DNA of 64,000 bases from contig CAVVUN010000003.1 of NCBI GenBank assembly GCA_963751455.1, forward strand, positions 256,001 to 320,000, written 5' to 3'. The DNA is from Nitrospirota bacterium (lineage in GTDB: Bacteria > Nitrospirota > UBA9217). The notes below the pieces were generated by a model. The model was not told the DNA's origin and did no database searches. It saw nothing but the letters and a program-made list of their open reading frames with translations. The position numbers and the translations under genes are program-made. Below, one piece after another: positions 10,038 to 20,637 of the stretch. How positions within the stretch are numbered: position 1 is the stretch's first letter; every line of letters starts with the position of its first letter.

Positions 10038-10772
10038 ATGCATCAGAACACAAGATCAATTCTCATTGTCGACAGCAGCTCGGCTTCTATTTTCTATGCA
10101 TCAACGCTGCTCAGAAAACTACGGTATGCCGTCCGTAGCGTGCGAAACGCTGAAGATGCGCTCAATGCGATAGCGGACTCAACGCCGGCGCTTGTGATAA
10201 CGGACGTTGTTCTCCCCAAGATGAGTGGGATTGTTTTTCTGAAAAAGATCAAAAACAACGCCGGCCTCCGGTTCCTTCCGGTAATAATCCATACCTCTGA
10301 TGAAAAGGCCGGCCTGAGGGAAGATTGCATACACGCGGGCTGTGCCGCTTATTTCCTGAAACCCGTGGCCCCCGAGACCATCTACCCCGCAATTCAGTCC
10401 GCCATAGAATCTACACCCAGGGAAAATATCCGGATCAATGCCGCACTAAAAGTCCAAATCGGTCCGGAAGCTGCTGACCCGCGGTTCAGGATCGAAAACG
10501 TGTTAAACATTTCCGAAGGCGGCGTCTACGTGAAGACATCCGCGCCCGAACCGGTCAAGGCGCTTGTTTCGCTTTCGCTTTTCATGGGCAAGCATACGAT
10601 CAATGCTACTGCACTCGTCGTGCACAGTTCGTCCAAGGCAGACGGGGTTCACTCAGTACCCGGGATGGCGATGCAATTTACAAAAATAAGCGCAGGAGAC
10701 GTCAATCTGATCCGGGAATTTGTAAGGACCGAGGTGATGCGGGGCCCTTGTAGCCTCTTAAAAAGTCATTGA
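10038..10772 (+). CDS. Response regulator with C-terminal PilZ domain
   Basis: REC domain (ITD, FLKP) plus RxxxR and NISEGG PilZ motifs; paralog at 55974. Confidence 0.85.
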   Translation: MHQNTRSILIVDSSSASIFYASTLLRKLRYAVRSVRNAEDALNAIADSTPALVITDVVLPKMSGIVFLKKIKNNAGLRFLPVIIHTSDEKAGLREDCIHAGCAAYFLKPVAPETIYPAIQSAIESTPRENIRINAALKVQIGPEAADPRFRIENVLNISEGGVYVKTSAPEPVKALVSLSLFMGKHTINATALVVHSSSKADGVHSVPGMAMQFTKISAGDVNLIREFVRTEVMRGPCSLLKSH

Positions 10773-10896
10773 TTCGGAAGTCAAACGTCTATTTCCCTTT
10801 CTCCGCATCGGGTCTTCGAACAGCATCCTGCCCACCTCTTATCTCGTTTCCCGCTATTGCGGGAGGAATGCCGCATTTCTCCGGATACGGATGTCG

Positions 10897-10910
10897 CTCA
10901 CCTCAAGATC
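10897..10910 (+). repeat. Right-half of the dyad repeat (no heptamer tract)
   Basis: CTCACCTCAAGATC; ACCTCAAGAT is the reverse complement of the X arm ATCTTGAGGT. Confidence 0.4.
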
Positions 10911-10937
10911 AAACCTTTGAACCTAAAAAGAGCGATT

Positions 10938-11064
10938 GGGACGCAGATAAGATCGGATAAACGCGGATAAAAACTGGATAAAAAAATACTTCTGAAACTG
11001 AAAAAAGCTCACCCTTGTGGTGAAGCTACTTTACACCTGAATGTCCGGTTTTATCTGCGTCCAA
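10938..11064. repeat. Short-period repeat / inverted-arm intergenic element
   Basis: GGACGCAGATAAGATCGGATAAACGCGGATAAAAACTGGATA … TCCGGTTTTATCTGCGTCC. Confidence 0.55.
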
Positions 11065-11283
11065 CTGCCGTTTTCAGGTTGAACGAAGCAGGTTCTTTTT
11101 ATCGACACCAGCCGATGTGATTCGAAAGTTAAATCAAACAACAGCGATATCGTTTTCCGGGGAGCATGAGAAAACCGCACGATTTGACAACCCGGACGAC
11201 GATGCTATATTTTGTTTATCCTCTAATAGTGAGAGTAGAAAAACATACAAAAAAGCTAAGTACTACGGTGAAAGGAGAACATC

Positions 11284-11805
11284 ATGAAAAAGGTCTCTAC
11301 TTTTTTTTCTGCGCTCCTTGCAGCTGCTGCGCTATTGCTTGCAGTAGCGATAATCGCGGCGGCAGCAGATAGGCCCGCAGTTACCGGCGACATTAACAAA
11401 TTGAACGCCGAAATTTCACAGATCAACAAAGATGCAAAGGTGCCTCAAGGTGAACGTATCGTAGCAAAAAAAATAGCGGATGATTTTAATGTAAGCATCG
11501 ACAGGATCAACGTATTGCTCGGCGGCATGATGCAGTACGGTGATGCGGCTGCGGTCCTCGCGTTTGCAGAGAAATTGCCGGGCGGCATCAGTAATCAGAA
11601 TGTGAACAAGGTCATGGACATGAGAAGCAAGGCAGCATGGGACAAGGTCGCACAGAACCTTCGCATCGATCCAGGGAGCGTTGCCGGCAGATTAAGCAGC
11701 GTCGAGGACGGAATTCAGACCGCTCTCGCTGAATCATATGACCGGGGCCGCGCTGCGGGAGGAGTCGACCAGTCGAGCGAAGAGCCAGGGAGCCAAAAAT
11801 ATTAA
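11284..11805 (+). CDS. Hypothetical secreted protein
   Basis: SD AAGGAG, signal peptide, upstream TTGACA promoter-like box. Confidence 0.8.
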   Translation: MKKVSTFFSALLAAAALLLAVAIIAAAADRPAVTGDINKLNAEISQINKDAKVPQGERIVAKKIADDFNVSIDRINVLLGGMMQYGDAAAVLAFAEKLPGGISNQNVNKVMDMRSKAAWDKVAQNLRIDPGSVAGRLSSVEDGIQTALAESYDRGRAAGGVDQSSEEPGSQKY

Positions 11806-11869
11806 GAGCCCGCATGAGCAGCCGGAGCCAATCGGCTGCTTTTTTACTGCCCTGAGGGGAGGCATTCAA

Positions 11870-12316
11870 ATGACTCTACTTAGGAAAGCACGCCTTGCCC
11901 TTATTTCGCTTGTATTCCTTACCCTCCTTTTTCACCCCGTTGCCTTCTCCGGCGATTACGACGGGCTCACCGTAAGTCCGGTGAAGAAAACGACAACCAC
12001 CTCGAACGGCCGGAAAATAGTCTATCCCAGGACCGATTCAGCCGAAGTCACGGTGGCCATTGTGGATATTCCGCCCGGCGAGGAGACCGGCTGGCACCAG
12101 CATCAGATCCCGGTCTATGCGTATGTACTTGCCGGTGACCTAATTGTCGAAATTGAAGGTGGAAAGCAAAATTTCTTCAGAGAAGGAGATGCCATCATCG
12201 AGGTCGTAAACACACCCCATAACGGCAGAAACGCGGGCAAAGTTCCGGTGAAGCTTGTTGTGTTTTATACAGGAATTGAAGGAAGACCGAATACCATCAA
12301 GGTGCAGCATAAATAA
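11870..12316 (+). CDS. Secreted cupin-domain protein
   Basis: GWHQHQIPVYAYVLAG…GDAIIE…PHNG cupin motifs; signal peptide. Confidence 0.9.
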   Translation: MTLLRKARLALISLVFLTLLFHPVAFSGDYDGLTVSPVKKTTTTSNGRKIVYPRTDSAEVTVAIVDIPPGEETGWHQHQIPVYAYVLAGDLIVEIEGGKQNFFREGDAIIEVVNTPHNGRNAGKVPVKLVVFYTGIEGRPNTIKVQHK

Positions 12317-12545
12317 GAGCGTGCTCCACGGCCTGGCACGGATACTTTCCCGCGTTTCATACCTCTTTGGTCCAATTTTATTTTCGTTTACATCGCGCTA
12401 TTGTCATAAAAAAGCTGAAGAGACGACGGAGAAAAACATGACCGGGAACCATTTTTTTCTGAAACTGTTTTTAGTAATCGCTATGGGCTCTTTTTTCGCG
12501 GGCACAAGCTATCCCGAGCAGCAGACGAAACAAGGAGGTTCACCC

Positions 12546-12842
12546 ATGAATACCTACGTGATCTTTTTTAATTTTACTCAGCAGGGCATGCAGAATATCA
12601 AGGATAGTCCTAAACGTGTGCAGGACGCAAAAGAAGTTGTTAAATCGATGGGCGGCGAGTTTAAGGAGTTCTACGCGCTGCTTGGCAGCAAATATGACAC
12701 GATGTTCATCGTGCAGGCGGCAAACGATGAAGCCATTGCGAGGATGGTTCTCGCCATTGCAAAGAAGGGCAGCGTAACTACAGACAGTCACCGGCTGTTT
12801 ACAGAGGCAGAATACAGTAAAGTGATCAGTTCATTACCGTGA
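12546..12842 (+). CDS. GYD-domain protein (possible upstream in-frame start at 12438 with signal peptide)
   Basis: FTQQGMQNIKDSPKR…LGSKYD pattern; SD AAGGAGG. Confidence 0.85.
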   Translation: MNTYVIFFNFTQQGMQNIKDSPKRVQDAKEVVKSMGGEFKEFYALLGSKYDTMFIVQAANDEAIARMVLAIAKKGSVTTDSHRLFTEAEYSKVISSLP

Positions 12843-13272
12843 ACAGGATGTACGTTTCCTTACGGCTCATCTCAATCGAGGGAACGGTCTTTTTTTCTTT
12901 CCCTCGCTGCTGTCCTCGCCTTCTCGTATAAGGATATAATCACGTCTATTTCCATAATATTTCCTTTTCTCTGCTACTCATCTGATGCTACCTCTCGGTA
13001 AGAAAGTATGCCGACGCAATTTCGGCCTTATTTTCCTCGTCCCTTTTTGCAAAAATGTGATACTATTTGCTGAGTGCCTGGGTCGCTCATTTATTGGTCT
13101 TTAATACAAGCATAATGACCTGTAACAAATATTTCTCTTTGCCCCTCTTGCTTTTTTGGTTAATGTATACTATTGTAACTTTTAGCAATATGCTGGTCAG
13201 GCCGCCCCGGCTTCCCGACCGGCTTAAAGCGTGAATATCATAGACGTGACCCCTGCGGCCCGCAAGTGTTCT

Positions 13273-14601
13273 ATGAAGCTCTTCAATTTGATCATATCCT
13301 TGATAATCGTCGTCGCATCGGTTTTCCTGTGCGGGCGGTATATTTCCCATTCTTTCTCCAACCAGAAGGACAAGGCCGACCATGCAGTGCTGAATCATGC
13401 CAAATACGGCCTGTTCAGCGTCGAGGAATGGAAAAAACAGCTCTCCGCGATCGCTGCCGGGGAGATCAGCATGCTGAACCTGAATAAATCGGCCGAGCGG
13501 GAAGTTCGGAAGCGTCTTGAGGGTCTCCTCGTCATTTTTATCGACAAGGTTTACGAGCGGATCACGGAAGCAAACTCAAAAACCGCGGGGGGCCGGTTCA
13601 AGCAAACCTTCATCAATATGTTCGTCAATCTGGATGAGGTCAAGAAGGGCGTCCCGGGATATGCTAAAGCCATCATGCATGAGTTGACGCAAGCGAAGAC
13701 GAAAAAGCAGGTCAAGGCCGTGCTGCACGAGCAGCTTGAACGCTATATCGAGGAAACGTTTGATGTAGAAGAAGACTTGCGGATCGGCGCCATTCTCGAG
13801 AGGACCGGGTCTCCGGATGTCGAGAGCGCGGGCGCCAGGCTCTACAAGGACATCTCTGCACGGCGGGTCCTGATCAGGAATGAGGCTGTCCTGCTGGTAA
13901 TTCTGCCGATCGTCCTGTTCTCATGGATTGCTCTGAACAGACGCACGGTGACCGTTACCCAGTATGTCCTCCTCATCCTGTCCCTTCTCATTCTGCTCAC
14001 CGCCGGCGTGACCACACCCATGATCGACATGGAAGCAAAGATCTCGCGGATGGGCTTTGTGCTGCTGGGGCACCCCATCCAATTCCAGAACCAGGTGCTG
14101 TTTTTTCAGAGCAAAAGCATACTGGATGTGTTCTGGATCCTGATCACGGACAAGGACCTCCAGATGAAATTTGTAGGGGTCCTGCTCATAACTTTCAGCA
14201 TCCTGTTCCCTCTGTTGAAACTGGCTTCGCTGCCTGCCTATTATTACGATTACCGGGGTGCGCGAAAGAGCCGGGTGATCGAGTTCTTTGCCGTGAAGTC
14301 CGGGAAGTGGTCCATGGCCGATGTGATGGTGCTCGCCATATTCATGGCCTATATCGGGTTCAACGGGGTCATAACCAGCCAGTTCAGCCAATTGAGCGCG
14401 GCAAGCCAGGGACTGGAGCTGATGACCACGAACGGCACGTCTCTTCAGCCCGGGTATTACCTCTTCGTGACGTATATCCTCCTGGCGATGATCTTTTCAG
14501 GGGTGCTGACAGGAGAGGCTCGGGAGCGAGCCGCGCAGGGATCGCACGATCATCTTGAGGTCACCCATGGGCGCCATCAATCGAAAACAGCTATCTTGTG
14601 A
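13273..14601 (+). CDS. Paraquat-inducible protein A (PqiA-like) membrane protein
   Basis: FSILFPLLKL…GKWSMADVMVLA motif. Confidence 0.8.
   Translation: MKLFNLIISLIIVVASVFLCGRYISHSFSNQKDKADHAVLNHAKYGLFSVEEWKKQLSAIAAGEISMLNLNKSAEREVRKRLEGLLVIFIDKVYERITEANSKTAGGRFKQTFINMFVNLDEVKKGVPGYAKAIMHELTQAKTKKQVKAVLHEQLERYIEETFDVEEDLRIGAILERTGSPDVESAGARLYKDISARRVLIRNEAVLLVILPIVLFSWIALNRRTVTVTQYVLLILSLLILLTAGVTTPMIDMEAKISRMGFVLLGHPIQFQNQVLFFQSKSILDVFWILITDKDLQMKFVGVLLITFSILFPLLKLASLPAYYYDYRGARKSRVIEFFAVKSGKWSMADVMVLAIFMAYIGFNGVITSQFSQLSAASQGLELMTTNGTSLQPGYYLFVTYILLAMIFSGVLTGEARERAAQGSHDHLEVTHGRHQSKTAIL
14551..14568 (+). repeat. X half-site of the dyad repeat, inside the pqiA-like 3' end
   Basis: CATCTTGAGGTCACCCAT. 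Confidence 0.6.
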
Positions 14602-15097
14602 CGAGAAACGGAACGTTTTTCGTCGAGCTTCTCAGTTATCCTCATCAGTACCATTGCCGCAGTTTCATTACTTTTCGATGTCAGTTCCCTTCAACAAGCT
14701 CAGGAAAGCCTTCACTGCACCTGTCACCGAGGAGTAAGACCACGGTGAATCGTTATCGCTGGTCCTTTCCGTCTTCGGCGGACCAGAAATCTTCGGTTCC
14801 ATGCCGTGTCAAAATATTTGTATAAGTCTTATGGTTGATATCCAGTCCTAGGATAGCTCGCGTATAATCCGACCCTAAACAGTGCGACGCTTATCAGTTT
14901 TTCTCTTCAATTAAGTTTTAAAACCAGGCAATAACGAAGTTTATTAATACTTTTGGTTGATTGCCTTTTTCCTCAAATTCGTGCTACATTCATATTATAA
15001 TATGCATCCTTTCGCTTTATCTATTTCGCCCCTGGCTCGTCACCCCGCTAGGGCCTAATAAATTACCTTTTCAATAACACCGTTTATTGGGGGCTTT

Positions 15098-18000
15098 ATG
15101 TCTACTTCTTTCAACAGAAATCTCGTATTAGTAGTGGTTATGCTTTCAGCCGCGTCAGCGCTAATGAGCTGCAGCGGTAACAAAGATAGCGGTCGAGCAA
15201 CATCAGAAACAACCGAAAGTGAATCAAAGGTAATAGCACCCGATGGGCTTAATACATCCAAGCTCATTATCAGCTCGCCAGGTTCCGAACAAATAACACC
15301 ATCAGAATCCGGAAGCTTTACCTCTTCAAGAAATGGAGTATCTGGTTTTAGCACCGCGATTGCCACAGATGTCACAGGAAGTATCGTCATGTTTTCAGCT
15401 GTTACAAATTCAATCATCCCACTCGACGTATATTCGACTGCGGCAACTATTGTGGTTAGTTGTCTTAACAGCTTTGGATTTCAGGGAGAATCATACGAGG
15501 AGCAGATGCCGATACTCCGGACGATTCCCGAGGTTCGGGCGCTAGGTGATTATATCAACAATAATGTAAAATCGATGAGTGAAAAACTATATTCAATCGA
15601 TAATGAAAAATTTATGGCCCTTGTATCTACTGCTGTTACCGCAGCGATACACACCATGCAATACCCCACCAGTTCTGATCAATTTTTATTGCCAGACTGG
15701 GCACAGCCCTCGGTTCCCGTAAATAACGTTCTCACAAGCCGAGCAGCAAGCAAGTTCCAAAGACCAACCTCGGAGGTAACTGAATATTCATGGTGGCCAG
15801 AAGGTACAGATAGTGAATGGGCAATGCTGACTTTCGATTTTGAGCAGGAGAAGGCAAACTTTTTACAGGTGATGATCCACAATTATTGGTTACGAGATGT
15901 ATATGTGTATCTTGTACCATCCAGAGCATTTAGTGCATCGAACATACACAGCGGTCACTATCTTGGCAGTATAGATCCTGCACCTTCCGCTCTGACTTTG
16001 GACGGGATTAGATCAATGTTCGATGGTGACTTATATTTAAATTCTACAACCTTTGTCGATATTCCGCTCAGTGAATTCGAACTAGATAACGAGGCATTAC
16101 TGGCTTTCGTTGGTCCTGGTACAAAAAATAGAGGGTATTTGAGCTGGGATACGAATCGAGATATATTGTTGCGACTAATGATTAGATCTGTTTTAGTAAG
16201 AGTAATTGCTCCTAGTTTCTCATTAGCTTCTAAATTGCCGGCAAACGAAATTGGTAAAGCGCTCGCCGACGACATTGATCTAGTTGATAAAATATTCGAT
16301 GCCGTTGAGGCAGGTGAAACAGGTAAGAAAGCCATAACTGCTTTTCGAGAAGGCAGATACGTTGATGGGTTCTTCAATCTCGTCTCAATTGCAAATAGCT
16401 TTGTTTTTAACGACCCGGGCGATGGTCGAACGAATAGGGCATTAAGGATTTATAGACAGCTGCAGGGAATATCAATTGTCGGCGCGAGGTCCTCTGCAGA
16501 AAATTATATGCTGAACCTTTGCAGTCGTTTAGCCCTGATCGACGGCTTTAATTCTTCATGGAATCTTGTAGGATTTGGTACGACGATTAATAGAGCATCG
16601 GAGTTGGCAATTTATTCGATAACCCGCAAACCTTTAGTCTGCGATACCCCGTCGACCATTACGGTTCCAAGGACTTCGCTTACCGGTAACTATACAGTCA
16701 GCTGGAGCGGTTCGGATACTACTGGAGTAATCTACAAACTGGAAGAATCATCAACTTCGGATTTCTTAAGTTCATCCGAAGTTTACAGCAGCACAGCAAC
16801 CAGTGCGATCATTTTAGGTAAAAAGGAAGGAATTTTCTTTTACAGAGTTAAAGCAACAAAAAACGGTTATGTTAACAGCGAGTGGCGAAAGGGCGATAAT
16901 GGGTGTACTGTAGCTATTGGTACCACCTGGTATCGTGATTCAGACGGCGATGGTTACGGTAATCCCAGCATCGGCGTGTCCTCTGCCACAAAGCCATCTG
17001 GATACGTTGCTGACAACACGGATTGTAACGATGCTTCCTCTAGTATTCATCCCGGCGCTACTGACGTCTGCGAGAATACTGTTGACGAAGACTGCAGCGG
17101 AAGTGCTGCTGTCTGTCCTACCACCTGGTATCGTGATTCTGACGGCGATGGTTACGGTAATCCCAGCATCGGCGTGTCCTCTGCCACGAAACCATCTGGC
17201 TACGTTGCTGACAACACGGATTGTAACGATGCTTCCTCTAGTATTCATCCCGGCGCTACTGACGTCTGCGAGAATACCGTTGACGAAGACTGCAGCGGAA
17301 GTGCTGCTATCTGTCCTACCACCTGGTATCGTGATTCTGACGGCGATGGTTACGGTAATCCCAGCATCGGCGTGTCATCTGCCACGAAGCCATCCGGCTA
17401 CGTAGCTGACAAAAGCGACTGTGACGATTCCTCCTCTAATATCCACACGGGTGCCACTGACAGTTGTGATAACAATGTGGATGAGGACTGCAGCGGAAGC
17501 GCGGCGACATGTCCTACTACTGAATGGTATCGTGATGCAGACGGCGATAGTTACGGCAATCCAAACATCGGCGTGTCCTCTGCCACGAAACCATCTGGCT
17601 ACGTTGCTGACAACACGGATTGTAACGATGCTTCCTCTAGTATTCATCCCGGCGCTACTGACGTCTGCGAGAATACCGTTGACGAAGACTGCAGCGGAAG
17701 TGCTGCTGTCTGTCCTACCACCTGGTATCGTGATTCTGACGGCGATGGTTACGGTAATCCCAGCATCGGCGTGTCCTCTGCCACAAAGCCATCTGGCTAT
17801 GTTGCTGACAACACGGATTGTAACGATGCTTCCTCTAGTATTCATCCCGGCGCTACTGACGTCTGCGAGAATACTGTTGACGAAGACTGCAGCGGAAGTG
17901 CTGCTGTCTGTCCTACCACCTGGTATCGTGATTCTGACGGCGATGGTTACGGTAATCCCAGCATCGGCGTGTCCTCTGCCACAAAGCCATCTGGCTATGT

Positions 18001-19051
18001 TGCTGACAACACGGATTGTAACGATGCTTCCTCTAGTATTCATCCCGGCGCTACTGACGTCTGCGAGAATACTGTTGACGAAGACTGCAGCGGAAGTGCT
18101 GCTGTCTGTCCTACCACCTGGTATCGTGATTCTGACGGCGATGGTTACGGTAATCCAAACATCGGCATGTCCTCTGCCACGAAACCATCTGGTTACGTAG
18201 CCGACAATACCGACTGTGACGACGTGTTCTCTAATATTCATCCCGGTGCTAATGATGTCTGTGACGATGGATTGGATGCCGACTGCAGCGGAAGCGACAC
18301 TATCTGTCCTAAAACTTGGTATCGTGATGCAGACGGCGACAGCTATGGCGATCCCAGCATCAGTAAGTCCTCCGTCGCCAAGCCATCTGGTTATGTATCT
18401 GACAAGACCGACTGTAACGATTCCTCCTCTAATATCCACCCGGATGCCACTGACAGTTGTGATAACAATGTGGATGAGGACTGCAGCGGAAGCGCGGCGA
18501 CATGTCCTACTACTGAATGGTACCGTGATGCAGACGGCGATGGCTATGGTGATCCTTATATAGGAATGTCCTCAGCCACTAAACCATCTGGTTACGTTGC
18601 CGACAATACCGACTGTGACGACGTGTTCTCTAATATTCATCCCGGTGCCAATGATGTCTGTGGCGATGGATTGGATGCTGACTGCAGCGGAAGCGACGCT
18701 TGTCCGCCTCCTGACGATCATGGCGATACATGCACCTCAGCTACGGCAATCGCTCGAAACCAATGTAATGAATTAGGCAATATCGGGTCACAAGATGATG
18801 ACGATTATTTTAAAGTATCTCTACCGTCGTCGGGAAATTGGACTGTATATACAGAGGGAAGCACAGATACGTACGGAACGATATTTAATTCGAATTGTAC
18901 TTCGTTAAAATCTAATGATGATACCGGAGATGGCTCTAATTTCAAAATCACTTACTCCGTTACATCGGCTGGCTCTTACTACATCCGAGTTCGTGGAAAA
19001 AACGACACTACGGGAGGATATTCCTTATTTTCATCTTTCTCATCTAACTAG
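15098..19051 (+). CDS. Large lipoprotein with FN3-like domain, nine MopE-type (putative metal-binding) Cys/Asp repeats and a C-terminal PPC-like domain
   Basis: Lipobox LMSC; repeats WYRDxDGDGYG…DCND…IHPGA..C…DEDC; C-terminal DDHGD…DDDYF…YYIRV; AT-richer than the flanks. Confidence 0.85.
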   Translation: MSTSFNRNLVLVVVMLSAASALMSCSGNKDSGRATSETTESESKVIAPDGLNTSKLIISSPGSEQITPSESGSFTSSRNGVSGFSTAIATDVTGSIVMFSAVTNSIIPLDVYSTAATIVVSCLNSFGFQGESYEEQMPILRTIPEVRALGDYINNNVKSMSEKLYSIDNEKFMALVSTAVTAAIHTMQYPTSSDQFLLPDWAQPSVPVNNVLTSRAASKFQRPTSEVTEYSWWPEGTDSEWAMLTFDFEQEKANFLQVMIHNYWLRDVYVYLVPSRAFSASNIHSGHYLGSIDPAPSALTLDGIRSMFDGDLYLNSTTFVDIPLSEFELDNEALLAFVGPGTKNRGYLSWDTNRDILLRLMIRSVLVRVIAPSFSLASKLPANEIGKALADDIDLVDKIFDAVEAGETGKKAITAFREGRYVDGFFNLVSIANSFVFNDPGDGRTNRALRIYRQLQGISIVGARSSAENYMLNLCSRLALIDGFNSSWNLVGFGTTINRASELAIYSITRKPLVCDTPSTITVPRTSLTGNYTVSWSGSDTTGVIYKLEESSTSDFLSSSEVYSSTATSAIILGKKEGIFFYRVKATKNGYVNSEWRKGDNGCTVAIGTTWYRDSDGDGYGNPSIGVSSATKPSGYVADNTDCNDASSSIHPGATDVCENTVDEDCSGSAAVCPTTWYRDSDGDGYGNPSIGVSSATKPSGYVADNTDCNDASSSIHPGATDVCENTVDEDCSGSAAICPTTWYRDSDGDGYGNPSIGVSSATKPSGYVADKSDCDDSSSNIHTGATDSCDNNVDEDCSGSAATCPTTEWYRDADGDSYGNPNIGVSSATKPSGYVADNTDCNDASSSIHPGATDVCENTVDEDCSGSAAVCPTTWYRDSDGDGYGNPSIGVSSATKPSGYVADNTDCNDASSSIHPGATDVCENTVDEDCSGSAAVCPTTWYRDSDGDGYGNPSIGVSSATKPSGYVADNTDCNDASSSIHPGATDVCENTVDEDCSGSAAVCPTTWYRDSDGDGYGNPNIGMSSATKPSGYVADNTDCDDVFSNIHPGANDVCDDGLDADCSGSDTICPKTWYRDADGDSYGDPSISKSSVAKPSGYVSDKTDCNDSSSNIHPDATDSCDNNVDEDCSGSAATCPTTEWYRDADGDGYGDPYIGMSSATKPSGYVADNTDCDDVFSNIHPGANDVCGDGLDADCSGSDACPPPDDHGDTCTSATAIARNQCNELGNIGSQDDDDYFKVSLPSSGNWTVYTEGSTDTYGTIFNSNCTSLKSNDDTGDGSNFKITYSVTSAGSYYIRVRGKNDTTGGYSLFSSFSSN
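16920..18705 (+). repeat. Intragenic tandem array, 9 x about 198 bp
   Basis: Near-identical units beginning ACCACCTGGTATCGTGAT. Confidence 0.95.
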
Positions 19052-19070
19052 AAACAGTTTTTGCGGAACA

Positions 19071-19119
19071 CATTTGGGGTCACCCAATTTAAATAGCACC
19101 GTCAATGTGAGACAGTTTA
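19071..19119 (+). repeat. X half-site and 5' part of Y copy 4 (split by the IS)
   Basis: CATTTGGGGTCACCCAA … CACCGTCAATGTGAGACAGTTTA; continues after the IS at 20638. Confidence 0.7.
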
Positions 19120-20637
19120 CCTTGTAGTTGCATAAACATTTCTTGAAAATATGCAGAAACCTCTGGAAACAGGCTTCATTATTGGATATAGTGCTCCTGC
19201 GATATCATTATTTCACTCAAGCAGGAGGCCACTGAAAGTGAAGTCCAGTAAAGCACAGGTTCTAAGCCGCGTTCACAAAATACCGGAACTGAAGTTCGAG
19301 GATCAACAGCTCACTTCCTACGCGGGCCTTGCTATCATTCAGGCATTCTTCACGAAGCTGAATCTGAAAGCCCGCTTGAAAAGCTGCTTTGATCATCTAC
19401 CGTCGAGCGCCATCTTCGGCAATCACGTCATTACGCTCGTGCTGATCGTGCATCTGATGCTGGGTTATCGGAAACTCCGCGACATCGAATACTATCAGGA
19501 CGACCTTATGGCGCTTCGTCTTCTGGGCCTCCGAAAAATGCCGGACGTTTCCACGATCAGCCGGGCATTGATGACGGTCGACGCAAAGGACATTTTGAAT
19601 CTTCGTCGGTTCTGCCGGGAAATGTCGCTCTCCCGCATACAGGGTTTGAAGCTTCGTCGCGTGACGCTTGATTTCGACGGCTCTGTGCTCTCGACCTCCC
19701 GATGGGCTGAGGGTGCCGCCGTAGGCTTCAACAAAAAGAAAAAAGGGCAGAGAAGCTATTATCCGCTTTTCTGCATGATCGCTCAGTTGGGCATGGTCCT
19801 TGACGTCCTGCCCCGTTCGGGTAACGTACATGATTCCAACGGCGCCCGGGCGTTCATCCTTGCGTGCATCGAACAGGTGCGTGCAACCTGTTCGGATATC
19901 GTCATCGAAGTGCGCATGGACAGCGCTTTCTTCAGCGATGAAATCGTCGGCGCGCTGGAGCGCGACGGAATTGAGTTCACCATCTCGGTCCCCTTTGAGC
20001 GGTTCTCCGAACTCAAACACATGATCGAAGCCAAAAAACGCTGGAGGCGTTACGATTCCGTTGTTTCCTATTTCGACACACCCTGGAAGCCGAAAAGCTG
20101 GGACAGCCGGTTCCGCTTTCTTTTTATTCGTCAAAAAGCCAAAAAGCAGTCAAAAGAGCCGGTGCAGCTTGATATGTTCACGCCGCACGAATACGGGTTT
20201 GACTTCAAGGTGATCGTTACAAACAAAACAACGACGGTGAAGAAAGTCCTGAACTTCCATCAGGGCCGCGGTTCTCAGGAAAACATCCTTGGAGAGCTAA
20301 AGTCCCAGTGCAATATGGATTACGTGGCTGTGAGAAGATTGCACGGAAATCAGCTATACATGATGTCGGCGATCATCTCGCACAATCTCCTGAAGGAACT
20401 TCACATGGTCGCGCATGAACCCGACCGGGGCACCACCGAAAAACGGGCCGCTCTTTGGGAGTTCACGGAGCCCAATACCCTGCGAAGAACACTTATACAG
20501 CGTGCCGGCCGCCTGACACAGCCCGGCGGCAAGCTAACTCTGACAATGAACGCCAATCCACGAGTCAAAAAGGGGTTGTTGCATTATCTCGACCGATTGC
20601 AACGGGCCGCATAGCGATTTTTTATGCAACGTTAAGG
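19120..20637 (+). mobile_element. Complete IS1380-family insertion sequence (1518 bp)
   Basis: IRs CCTTGTAGTTGCATAAA / CCTTAACGTTGCATAAA (14/17); TSD TTTA at 19116-19119 and 20638-20641. Confidence 0.9.
19238..20614 (+). CDS. IS1380-family DDE transposase
   Basis: TLDFDGS, VRMDSAF, HQGRGSQENILGELK; probable GTG start after SD AGGAGG. Confidence 0.9.
   Translation: MKSSKAQVLSRVHKIPELKFEDQQLTSYAGLAIIQAFFTKLNLKARLKSCFDHLPSSAIFGNHVITLVLIVHLMLGYRKLRDIEYYQDDLMALRLLGLRKMPDVSTISRALMTVDAKDILNLRRFCREMSLSRIQGLKLRRVTLDFDGSVLSTSRWAEGAAVGFNKKKKGQRSYYPLFCMIAQLGMVLDVLPRSGNVHDSNGARAFILACIEQVRATCSDIVIEVRMDSAFFSDEIVGALERDGIEFTISVPFERFSELKHMIEAKKRWRRYDSVVSYFDTPWKPKSWDSRFRFLFIRQKAKKQSKEPVQLDMFTPHEYGFDFKVIVTNKTTTVKKVLNFHQGRGSQENILGELKSQCNMDYVAVRRLHGNQLYMMSAIISHNLLKELHMVAHEPDRGTTEKRAALWEFTEPNTLRRTLIQRAGRLTQPGGKLTLTMNANPRVKKGLLHYLDRLQRAA

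Noticed and set aside
16920-18705. 198-bp tandem array as CRISPR or ncRNA
   Set aside because: Entirely in-frame coding repeats with no unique spacers
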